Shown here: piece after piece, positions 53,039 to 64,000 of the stretch
How positions within the stretch are numbered: the stretch's first letter is position 1
Layout of the letters: every line of letters starts with the position of its first letter
NCBI GenBank assembly: GCA_963792265.1
Contig: CAWBVP010000002.1
Span: forward strand, 101,331 to 165,330
Source of the DNA: an uncultured Gemmatimonadales bacterium
Lineage (GTDB): Bacteria; Gemmatimonadota; Gemmatimonadetes; Gemmatimonadales; GWC2-71-9
Reading direction: 5' to 3'
DNA length: 64,000 bases
Position numbers and translations under genes: made by a program
Notes under the pieces: generated by a model
The model's input: only the letters and a program-made list of their open reading frames with translations
What the model was told of the DNA's origin: nothing
The model's database searches: none

Positions 53039-53933
53039 ATGAGCTCTCCGCTGGTGCGGCTTCGGATGCTTGGCCTGCTGGGGCTGGCCGCACTCGGCTG
53101 GGTCGCTACCGGCGGGCGCACGTCCGTCGAAGGAGCCGCTGGCCTGTGTACTCCCTCGAGAGGCGGCCACGGCGGCAGAGGTGGTAGATTCGCCGGCCGT
53201 ACGAATGAGCTTGCCTCAGCTCAAGGCAAAGCTGGCCTCGGGCACTGAAGACAAGCCGCCGGATCTCAGCAAGGTGGACCTGAGCGGGCTGGACCTCAGC
53301 GGCGTGGACTTCAAGCGGGCCAACCTGACCGGCGCGCGATTGGCGGGCACCAAACTGGCCGGCGCAAACCTGTTTACCGCCGATCTCACCGACGCGGTAC
53401 TTACCGACGCCGATCTCACCAAGGCCAACCTGGATGGCAGCGTCCTCCGGCGTGCCAACTTTCAGCGGGCCAATCTGGAGGGTGCCAGTCTCTTCGCGAC
53501 GATCATCGAGGCGGCCGACCTGAGCAACGCCAATCTGGCCGGCACCCGGATCATCGGTTATCTCCGGGGAGCCAAGCTCAACGGTGCCAGTCTCCGCCAT
53601 GCCAACGCTGGAGCCGACCCAGGGAATCAATCGATGGGGGTCATGCGGGCCACGTTCGTCGGGGCCGACCTCAGCGGAGCCGATCTCTCCGACGCCAATC
53701 TGTTCAAGGCCGACCTGTCCCACGCCAACCTCACCAACGCCAAGCTGGCGCGAACCAACCTGATGAACGCGGACCTGATCCAGACCGACCTGACCCGGGC
53801 CGATCTTACCGATGCCAAGCTGGCCAAGGCAAACATCGACGAAGCCGACTTCACCTCCGCGGTCGGCGTGGCCAGCATTCAGGGGCTGGATCAGGCCCGC
53901 AACCGGGAGAAAGCGACCTTCGATGCGAAGTGA
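53039..53933 (+). CDS. periplasmic pentapeptide-repeat protein
   Basis: Signal peptide MSSPLVRLRMLGLLGLAALG (in a frame shifted near 53160), then about 40 A(D/N)LxG pentapeptide units. Confidence 0.85.
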
Positions 53934-55041
53934 TGCCCCCGCCAATAGAATCGCGCTGATCGCGCTCTCGTGTGGTCTGACAGCCTTGGGCTGCGGCAAG
54001 GAACGCCCCTCGCTGGGTGGACGGGCCGACACCGTGACGGCTTCAAACGGCCAGGCGGCTCCGCCTTCCGGCGAGCTGGCTTACGTGACCAACGAAGATT
54101 CTCAGAATCTGAGTGTCATCGATACCCGAACCGACAGCCTCATCGCCACCATCCCGGTCGGCACCCGGCCCCGCGGGGTCAAGGTCAGTCCTGACGGGCG
54201 GCTGGTCTACGTCGCCCTCAGCGGATCACCGAAGTGCCCGCCCAGTATGCCTGACGCGGAGTGCGAGAAGCTCAAAGCGGACAAGACCAAAGACGGCATC
54301 GCCGAGGTGGACGTGGCCGCGCGGAAAGTACGCCGGATATTGCCCGGCGGCTCCGATCCGGAACAGTTCGATATCTCCCACGATGGATCTCGGCTGTACA
54401 TCTCCAACGAGGACGCCGGGTCGGCGTCGCTGGTCGACCTGAAGAGCGGCACCATCGACACCACGGTTCCGGTCGGAGCCGAACCGGAGGGAGTGCGGAT
54501 CAGCCCCGATGGCAAGCTGGTGTACGTGACCGCCGAGAGCGACACATCGATCAGAGTGCTCGACGCGGCTAGCGGGGCGGTAAAGGCCCGCATCAAGGTC
54601 GATCGCCGGCCCCGGGATGTGGCCTTCACACCCGACGGAAAACGAGCGTACTCGACTGCCGAAGTCGGAGGCACCGTCTCGGTGATCGATGTGGCCAGCA
54701 ACAAGGTGCTCGCCACTATCCGTCTGCCCAAGGACGCGAAGCCAATGGGGGTGAGGGTGTCCCCCGATGGGAAGCTGGTCTACATAGCCACCGGGCGCGG
54801 CGGCACCGTGGTCGTGATCGACCCGGCCACGAACAAGATCGTCGGCTCGGTCAAGGTAGGTCAGCGGCCCTGGGGAATAGCGCTTACTTCCGACGGGACC
54901 AAGCTGTATACCGCGAACGGGCCTTCGAACGATGTCAGCGTGGTGGATACCAAGACCTTGCACGTCATCAAGACGATTCCAGTAGGCAAGATCCCATGGG
55001 GGGTGGCCATCGGCCCCAGCCCGGGGAGCGCCGGCCCCTAG
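53923..55041 (+). CDS. YVTN-family beta-propeller lipoprotein (PQQ-dependent catabolism-associated type)
   Basis: Lipobox LTALGC, and repeated blades of the form VxVSPDGKxxYVxN...VSVID. Confidence 0.85.
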   Translation: MRSDAPANRIALIALSCGLTALGCGKERPSLGGRADTVTASNGQAAPPSGELAYVTNEDSQNLSVIDTRTDSLIATIPVGTRPRGVKVSPDGRLVYVALSGSPKCPPSMPDAECEKLKADKTKDGIAEVDVAARKVRRILPGGSDPEQFDISHDGSRLYISNEDAGSASLVDLKSGTIDTTVPVGAEPEGVRISPDGKLVYVTAESDTSIRVLDAASGAVKARIKVDRRPRDVAFTPDGKRAYSTAEVGGTVSVIDVASNKVLATIRLPKDAKPMGVRVSPDGKLVYIATGRGGTVVVIDPATNKIVGSVKVGQRPWGIALTSDGTKLYTANGPSNDVSVVDTKTLHVIKTIPVGKIPWGVAIGPSPGSAGP

Positions 55042-55073
55042 GTCATCCCGGCGCCGCACGGAAGGAGTAGGAT

Positions 55074-56454
55074 ATGTCAGGTGATTGGACTACCGCTGTC
55101 GCGCCATTGTCGGAATCTGCACCTCACCGGTCGCTCCGAGACCGTAACCGCTCCATCCTCCTCGATCTCTTCGGACCTCCGGCTACCCGCGCCTTTGCCA
55201 TTCGGTACTGGGACGGCACCACCGAGCCACCCGGCGCGGCGGTCTCTCCCGCCTTCACCATAGTGCTCAATCACCCGGGATCACTTGCCCGGATGCTGTT
55301 GCCGCCTTCGCAGCTCAGCCTGGCGGAGGCGTATGTTCGGGGGGACTTCGACGTGGAGGGAGACATGGAGGCGGCCGCCGTATTGGCGACCCAGCTGCGC
55401 AAGCGCTTGGCTTCGCCAGTGGCGGCGGCACGCCTCATGGTGCGGCTCCGAAGGCTCCCACGCTCTCCTCGCCGTCGCTGGAGAGCCGGGCTGATCAGGC
55501 GTAGCCGCCTGGGGCCTCGCCATTCGCCCCAGCGCGACGCCGCAGCTGTTCGTTACCACTACGATCTCGGCAACGACTTCTATGCCCTCTGGCTCGATCG
55601 GCAGATGGTCTATTCCTGCGCCTATTTTCCAACCGGAGAAGAGAGCCTGGACGAGGCCCAGGCGGCCAAGCTGGAGTATCTCTGCCGGAAGCTCCGGCTC
55701 AAGCCGGGCGACCGCTTGCTCGATATAGGCTGCGGATGGGGAGCCTTGTTGCGCCATGCCGTCCGGCACCACGGGGTACACGCGGTCGGCATCACTCTGA
55801 GCGAGGCGCAGGCATTCTACGCCAGGCGGGCCATCGCCGAGCAGGGCTTGGGCGAGCAGTGCGTCGTCGAGGTGCGGGATTACCGAGACCTGCCCGTCGA
55901 AACCGGCGTTCGACAAAATCGTTAGTGTCGGAATGGTCGAGCACGTGGGACGCGGAGCAGTTGAAGACCTACTTCTCGACCGTCTTCCGGCTGCTGCGTG
56001 CAGGGGACTCTTTCTGAACACCGGCATCACCTGGGTGGACGAACCGGGGCAAAGCGGGTTGAGCCGGCTTTTCCCTCGCTGGGATTGGCGCGAAGGCGCT
56101 TTCATGGATCGTTACGTGTTTCCCGACGGGGACCTCGTGTCCCTGGACATGGTCATCGGCGCTGCCGAAGCCTCGGGTTTCGACACCAGAGACGTGGAGA
56201 ACCTGCGGGAGCATTACGCCATGACCCTACGGCATTGGATTCGTCGACTGGAGAGCTCGGCCGAGGCTGTCACCAAGCTGGTGGGAGAGCGGACCTATCG
56301 CACCTGGAGGCTTTACATGTCCGGCTGCGCCAGCCGGTTCGCCGCCGGGCGAATGGCACTGGACCAGGTGCTCCTCGCGAAGCCAAACCCTCGAGGCCAG
56401 GTGTCACTACCCCTCACTCGGGCCGACCTCTATACCGGAAATGCTCGGGTCTGA
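55074..56454 (+). CDS. cfa: cyclopropane-fatty-acyl-phospholipid synthase family methyltransferase
   Basis: HYDLGNDFY, LLDIGCGWG, VGMVEHVG and LYMSGCA..F. There are about 3 frameshifts. Confidence 0.85.
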
Positions 56455-56455
56455 T

Positions 56456-56968
56456 ATGAGTCGACGGTGGCGGGTCTCTTTCATCCTGGTTGCGGGCGGA
56501 GCTGTTGGCCTGCTGCTCACCGCAGGCAGGGCACGACCCATTCCCAGCACTTTCCTCTTCGACCTCGACGCCCGGCCGGCGCTGCACCGCCTCTGGGAAG
56601 CCAGCTCCCAGGCCAAGGCGGAGCGGGTGGCTTGTCTGGCGGCAACCATAGACAGCGACACGGTCCATATCTCTCGAGTGCTCCCGCTAGACCCGGGCCC
56701 AGCGGATTCTTTGGGCATTTCGGCCGCCGCATCGCTGCAACAGTGCGGCCCACCCGAGTGGCGGGGAACCATCCATACTCACGTGGCGCTCCGCGACGGA
56801 CTGCGGCCCTACTCGCTCTTTTCCGGGGCGGATCGGGGCGTGATGATGATGTGGTGGAGACGATGGCAGGCCGATGGAGTCTTTTGCCTGCTTTACAGCA
56901 GCCAGGAGGTGATCTGCGAGATCGAGGGCCCGCAAGGAGCGGTGCTCTTCCCCCGGTCTCATTACTAG
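56456..56968 (+). CDS. secreted/membrane-anchored JAB(MPN)-like protein, paralog 1
   Basis: N-terminal TM/signal segment, ERVACLA, and GTIHTH-x13-SGAD. Confidence 0.5.
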   Translation: MSRRWRVSFILVAGGAVGLLLTAGRARPIPSTFLFDLDARPALHRLWEASSQAKAERVACLAATIDSDTVHISRVLPLDPGPADSLGISAAASLQQCGPPEWRGTIHTHVALRDGLRPYSLFSGADRGVMMMWWRRWQADGVFCLLYSSQEVICEIEGPQGAVLFPRSHY

Positions 56969-56971
56969 ACG

Positions 56972-57484
56972 ATGCGACTGACGGCCCCGGCGCTCCTCCT
57001 CCTGATGTTGGCCGGGTCACCGGTGTTGGCAGCTGCTCAAGAAGCCGGAGTGCCCCGACCGGCCTTTCGCTTCAGCCGTGAAGCCGGCCAAACCTTGGGT
57101 GCACTCTGGCGAGCGAGCCTGGCGGCACGGGAGGAGCGAGTCGCCTGCCTGGCCAGCTCCATTCGCAACGACACCGTTTTCGTCTCCCAGGTCGCCCCGC
57201 TCGACCCTGAAGACGCCGACTCGATGGGAATCTCAGCCACCGCGTCCGTCGACAAGTGCGGACCGCCTGAGTGGTCGGGGACGGTTCATACCCACATCGC
57301 CCTCTACACCGACGACCGCCCGTCCACCCGGTTCTCCGCCCAGGATCGGACCGCCATGCGGCTCTGGTACGACCGCTGGCACGCCGACGGCGTATTCTGC
57401 CTGATCTACAGCGAGCATGACGCGCACTGTGAGGCCGACGGGGTCGTCGGAGGGATGCGCTCCACTCCTCGTATTGTGCGCTAG
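56972..57484 (+). CDS. secreted JAB(MPN)-like protein, paralog 2
   Basis: Signal peptide ...PVLAAAQE, ERVACLA, and GTVHTH-x13-SAQD. It shares PLDP..ADS.GISA.AS..CGPPEW and ADGVFCL.YS with paralog 1. Confidence 0.5.
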   Translation: MRLTAPALLLLMLAGSPVLAAAQEAGVPRPAFRFSREAGQTLGALWRASLAAREERVACLASSIRNDTVFVSQVAPLDPEDADSMGISATASVDKCGPPEWSGTVHTHIALYTDDRPSTRFSAQDRTAMRLWYDRWHADGVFCLIYSEHDAHCEADGVVGGMRSTPRIVR

Positions 57485-57494
57485 ACTGCGGGCC

Positions 57495-58007
57495 TCAGGA
57501 TAGCGGACGGCGGGACAGAAACGACCGGGGGTTTCGCCGGGCCAGCAGGCGGTCCAGCCCCCAGGTGCGCCCCGCCCGGGCAAAGAAGAACGCCAGCATC
57601 AGGAAGAAGAGCACCAGATGAAAGCCCTGCTGCCCCGGCGACATCCATTGGGTGGCCAGGCCGTAGTTGATCACCAGCAGGAGCCCCACCAGGGAAGCCA
57701 GCCCGGTCAACAACCCCAGCGTCAAACCGATCCCGGTAACGGTTTCACCCCAGGCGGTCAGTTGGGCAAAGATGCTGCTGTGGGTGAGCACGGTTCCGTC
57801 GAGGAATTGTTTGTAGAGCACCAGCGGGTTTTCCGAGGCCTGTTTGGCCACGATCTTGGGCATGACCGTGAGCCAGCGCTCGGAGACGGCGGGCAGAGGA
57901 ACGATGCCGCCCAGCAGCACGATGGTCATCTTGGTCACCAACGACTTCACGAAATAGAGACCGACCACGATCCGCAACAGGGCCAGCCACTCGGCGGGAT
58001 GAGCCAT
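57495..58007 (-). CDS. DoxX-family membrane protein
   Basis: 4 TM segments. The sequence LLRIVVGLYFV...LTAWGETV is DoxX-like. Confidence 0.65.
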   Translation of the reverse strand: MAHPAEWLALLRIVVGLYFVKSLVTKMTIVLLGGIVPLPAVSERWLTVMPKIVAKQASENPLVLYKQFLDGTVLTHSSIFAQLTAWGETVTGIGLTLGLLTGLASLVGLLLVINYGLATQWMSPGQQGFHLVLFFLMLAFFFARAGRTWGLDRLLARRNPRSFLSRRPLS

Positions 58008-58115
58008 GGTGACGCTGGCGGGTCGAGAGATTCTGAGCCATTGATATGGGCTATGCGCTATGGGCTCTCCAGTCGCAGGCGCAGCCCATAGCATGACCAT
58101 AGCCCAGCACTCTAG

Positions 58116-60155
<2,040 letters not shown>

Positions 60156-60170
60156 CTGGTGGCGGAGCTT

Positions 60171-61251
60171 CTAGTCTCCCAGACTGATGCCCAGTTCCCG
60201 CGCGGTGGCGATCGTGTCCGAATCGAGGGGGACGTTCTTCGAGCGGCCCACGACCTCTTCCAGTGGGACCTGCTCGATGCCGGGCCCTTTGAGCCCCACC
60301 ATCACTCCGAAGACTCCGTCGGCGATGGCGCGCACCGCCGCCGCGCCGAACCGAAGGGCCAGCAGCCGGTCATACGTGGTGGGAGATCCACCACGCTGCA
60401 AGTGACCCAGAACAAGGGTACGGGTTTCTTTGCCAGTATGATGCTCGATGGCTCGGGCAACTTTGCTGGCAATGCCACCCAGCCGGTCCACGGTGCCGGG
60501 ACCCCGGCGCTCTAGCAGTTCAATGTCGCCGTCCTTCGACCGGGCGCCTTCCGCCACCACGACAATGCTGAACCGGCGGCCGGCCGCCTCCCGGCTCCGG
60601 ATCTTGGCGCAGACCTTCTCGATGTCGAAGGGGATTTCGGGAATCAGGATGACGTCGGCGCTGCCGGACAGTCCGCTGTAGAGGGAAATCCAGCCGGCGT
60701 ATCGCCCCATGAGCTCCACGACCATGACCCGGTCGTGGCTTTCGGCGGTGGAGTGCAGCCGGTCGATGGCCTCGGTGGCCGTGCTGACCGCCGTGTCGAA
60801 GCCAAACGAACGCTGGGTGCCGCTGACATCGTTATCGATCGTCTTGGGAACGCAGACGACCGGAAGGCCCTTCTTCCAGAGCTCGTAGGAGATCTGCAGG
60901 CTGCCATCGCCGCCGATGGAGACCGAGGGCGTCGAATCCGCTGGCCTGGAACGCGGCGACCAGATCGTCGGAGCGATCGATCTCGCGCTCCGGGCCCTCT
61001 GGGTCCCGGCTGACGTAGCGGAAGGGATTGCCCCGGTTGGTGGTACCGAGGATGGTACCGCCGAGGTGGGTAATGCCGCGCACTTGGGCCGGGCCGAGTG
61101 GCACGACCCCGTCGAAGCTGAGCAGGCCCTCGTACCCGCGCTGAATCCCGTAGGACTGCCATCCGCGATGATGCGCCGAGAGCACGACGGCGCGAATGAC
61201 CGCGTTCAGTCCAGGGGCGTCACCGCCCCCGGTTGAGATGGCAATGCGCAT
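60171..61251 (-). CDS. pfkA: ATP-dependent 6-phosphofructokinase
   Basis: MRIAISTGGGDAPGLNAVIR, GGDGS (shifted), VVELMGRYAGW and LGHLQRGG. There is a frameshift near 60800. Confidence 0.85.
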
Positions 61252-61254
61252 GGG

Positions 61255-61491
61255 TCACTTTGAACCTCTCACCCGCTCGATTGCCTTCAAGACCTCACCC
61301 GGCTCGGCGTGCCGCCTGGTCGCCTTCTTGGAGAACACGAGTGTGCCGTCCACCGTCACCTCGAACACGCCGCCGGAGGACTCGACCAGCCGGACCTGAG
61401 CGTCGGGATAGGCCTGCTTCAGCTCAGCCGCCAGACCGGCGGCTCGGGGCTTGTAGTTTCAGACAACGCAATACTGAATCGTCACATGCAT
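61255..61491 (-). CDS. SelW/SelT/Rdx-family selenoprotein (CxxU) with in-frame UGA
   Basis: My translation is MHVTIQYCVV-U-NYKPRAAGLAAELKQAYPDAQVRLVESSGGVFEVTVDGTLVFSKKATRRHAEPGEVLKAIERVRGSK. The UGA is at 61461-61459. The stop lies 3 nt before the pfk ATG. This gene is absent from the ORF track. Confidence 0.7.
61426..61444 (-). promoter_or_regulatory. bacterial SECIS-like hairpin
   Basis: AGCCGCC-GGUCU-GGCGGCU begins 14 nt after the UGA. The GGUCU apical loop resembles the E. coli fdhF SECIS loop. Confidence 0.5.
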
Positions 61492-61630
61492 CTGTACCAC
61501 GCTCGCTTTGCGGAGGATGCAGCAGGACCGCCGCGAATCGTAGTGGCCGGCGGGAGAGATGCCAAGGGCGAATGCGGGCTGTGACGGCGCTCCTTGTCAG
61601 GCTCATCCCATAGCCGTATCTATTTGAGCC

Positions 61631-63187
61631 ATGCTGACCTACCGACACCCCTGCGGGGGTTTGGCCCGGGTGCTGCTGCTCCTGGGCGCTCTTGTGTTAT
61701 ATGCCTGGCCTCGCCCACTCGGCGGCGGCCCAGGAGCGGCGCTATCTGTTCGAGGTCGGCGCCGCGGGTGCCTACCGGGCTTCGGGTCGATCGACTGATC
61801 TGGGCGGCGCGGCCGGTGGATTGGGCCGGATCGGCGTGTGGCTTCCGCTCAATTTTTCGTTTGAGGGCGGAAGCCTCCACCGCGAGTCCCAAGGCCAAAG
61901 ACCCGCACTCGGGGTCGGCGTCAAGACCGCTGTCGGTATCGGCCCTCTACAATCTCCCGCTGGGAACCAGAACTGGGCCTACGCTAAGCTGGGAGTCGGG
62001 GAAGACCCGGTATGGCAAGGATCCTTGCACTACTCCGACCATCTGCGGGACAGCCAAACCGATCATAGCGGGCATCGGCTTTCGACTCGCTCTCACCCCA
62101 CTGGTGATGGCGCGCGCCGAAGCCATGATGAACTTCAACAAAACCACCAGCGATACCGGAGTTGCTCCGGCCCGACGCTCAGTAACGACGCGCTTCACCA
62201 ACTACGGCCTCAATCTCGGCCTGAGCCTGATGTTGGGCAGCAAGCCACTCCCCGACAGCGACGGTGACGGCGTACCCAATACCCGGGACCGCTGCGCCAA
62301 CACGCCGCTCGGAGCTCAAGTCAACGAGTTCGGCTGCCCTCTCGACAACGATAGTGACGGCGTGCCCAACGGGATCGATCGCTGCCCCAACACGCCGATC
62401 GGCGCCACGGTGGATCCGACCGGCTGCACTCGCGACAGCGATGGGGACAACATTCGCCGATGGCATCGACAAGTGCCCCGATACACCTGCCGGAGTGCTG
62501 GTTGATGCGCGCGGGTGCCCCAAGGACAGCGACGGTGATGGCATCCCCGACGGCCTCGACCGCTGCTCCGATACGCCCAAGGGCGCTACGGTAGACGCGC
62601 TCGGTTGCCCGGGTGACGAAGACGCCGATGGAGTACTCGACGGACTCGATCGCTGCCCCCGAACTTCGATCGGGGCCACGGTAAATGCCTACGGGTGCCC
62701 GGTGGGACAGAGCGGAAGGCAACCGGCCAATGCACCGGCGGCCCCGCCACCGACTGCCCAACCACCCACTGCCCCCGCCGCCACCCCCGATACGTCGGCC
62801 CAGGCGAGAGCGGCGCGGGCAGCGATGGGGCAGCCCAATGGTCCTCTGGTGCTGGAGGGCGTGACCTTCGAGTCGGGTAGCGCCCGCCTGCAGTCCGGCT
62901 CCTATGTGGAGCTCGATTCTCTGGCCAAGGTGCTCATTGCCAGTCCGCGCATGAGGATCGAGATCGGCGGTCACACCGATAACTCGGGGTCGCCGGCAGA
63001 CAATCAGCACCTGTCAACGCTGCGGGCCGAGGCGGTGCGCAACTATCTGGTGGCCAAGGGGGTGCCGTTCCAGCAGATGGTCGCTCGAGGCTACGGATCC
63101 ACCGTGCCCCGCACCCAGGATACCACTCCCCGCGGGCGCGCGGCCAACCGCAGAGTCGAGATCAAGCCGATATCGTCCGGCCCTTGA
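61631..63187 (+). CDS. OmpA-family outer-membrane protein with thrombospondin type-3 (DxDxDG) repeats
   Basis: Signal peptide, a beta-barrel-like N-terminus, at least 6 DSDGDG.PD..D.CP.TP units, and an OmpA C-domain (GHTDN.G....N..LS..RA..V, NRRVEI). There are about 3 frameshifts. Confidence 0.8.
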
Positions 63188-63269
63188 TCGGTCTCGCGGC
63201 GGCCTGCTTGACCAGATTCCACGCGCGGGTATCCTAATGAAGTGCCACTTTCCCATTAGGAGCTCCTCC

Positions 63270-63695
63270 ATGCGTATCCAGACCCGTCTCGGTCTTATCG
63301 TTGCACTCGCGACTGCCGGGGCCGGCTCGGCGTCGGCCCAGAGCACTTCCCAGACCGAGGCGAACCCCGCGCCCGCCCAGACCCCCGGGCCCGGGGCCAC
63401 GGCTGCGGTCAGCCCGGAGCTCATCGCCCAGGGCGACAAGATCTTTCATGGCGCCGGCAACTGCTACGCCTGTCACGGCAGCAACGCGGAAGGATTGGTG
63501 GGGCCGAATCTCACCGACGCGGAATGGATCCACAGCAAGGGAACCCTGGACGACATCACGAACCAGGTGATCCACGGTGTGCCCAAGGAGGAGTCGAAGA
63601 GCGGAATCGTCATGCCGCCGAAAGGGGGCGGCAACCTCAGTGATGACGACGTGAAGGCGGTCGCCGCGTACGTGTACTCACTGAGCCACAAGTAG
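63270..63695 (+). CDS. class I c-type cytochrome
   Basis: Signal peptide, CYACHG heme motif, a distal MPP region, and an AGGAG RBS. Confidence 0.85.
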   Translation: MRIQTRLGLIVALATAGAGSASAQSTSQTEANPAPAQTPGPGATAAVSPELIAQGDKIFHGAGNCYACHGSNAEGLVGPNLTDAEWIHSKGTLDDITNQVIHGVPKEESKSGIVMPPKGGGNLSDDDVKAVAAYVYSLSHK

Positions 63696-63721
63696 ACCTG
63701 CTCCGGCGCGCTCCGGTCCGG

Positions 63722-64000
63722 CTACAGCGGATTCCGGAGCGCGCCAACCGAATACCACACTCCGAACAACAGACTCGCCACCCCCAACAAGGGCACCAGC
63801 TCGGCCAGTCGGCGCTTCACCGTGCCGCGAGCCAGGGCATGGCCGAACGCGGTAGAAACCAGCGCCATCGAGACCGCGGTGGCGGCGGCAAACACCACCA
63901 GTGCCAGGACTCCCTGCATCTGGCCCGATACCGCGCCGACCAGCAGCACCCCGACTCCTGCCGAGCCGCCTACCCCGTGCACCATCCCGATTCCAAAGGC
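63722..64000 (-). CDS. integral membrane protein, partial (possible NicO/UreH-like metal transporter)
   Basis: The C-terminal TM helices and HGVGGSAG continue past the window edge. The functional call is weak. Confidence 0.35.
   Translation of the reverse strand, partial: AFGIGMVHGVGGSAGVGVLLVGAVSGQMQGVLALVVFAAATAVSMALVSTAFGHALARGTVKRRLAELVPLLGVASLLFGVWYSVGALRNPL

Overview
This is a high-GC bacterial chromosomal window of roughly 65-68% GC by eye. The gene content resembles soil Gemmatimonadota-like lineages, but the taxon cannot be proven from the sequence. No rRNA, tRNA, CRISPR array or transposase was found.

Layout:
- 0-23 kb holds DNA-damage and housekeeping genes. These are an SplB-like radical SAM gene, VOC, a catalytically dead ImuB-like polymerase, Tag, DnaE2, IspH, a DEAH helicase, and a roughly 1000-aa peptidase-TolB-Omp85 protein.
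- 23.9-55 kb is a methylotrophy island of about 31 kb. It carries fae, mtdB, fhcBADC and mch, a near-complete set of H4MPT/methanofuran cofactor genes, pabAB, and lanthanide-type xoxF-xoxJ-xoxG with accessory periplasmic proteins.
- 55-64 kb holds cfa, two tandem secreted JAB-like paralogs, DoxX, prolyl oligopeptidase, pfk preceded by a SelW-like gene with an in-frame UGA (not in the ORF track), OmpA and a cytochrome c.

About 60 apparent frameshifts (about 1 per kb) break otherwise well-conserved genes, including essential ispH and pfk. I read this as assembly indel noise, so most gene ends are approximate.

The most unusual signal is a family of 105-125 bp GC-rich palindromic elements built from tandem octamers. 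Two copies sit in the same phase inside the radical SAM gene and dnaE2. Each becomes exactly 35 codons after a single homopolymer correction, which is reminiscent of translated Rickettsia palindromic elements.

Other signals worth a second look are a duplicated AT-rich promoter/operator module and a consensus promoter with a 580-nt leader ahead of xoxF.
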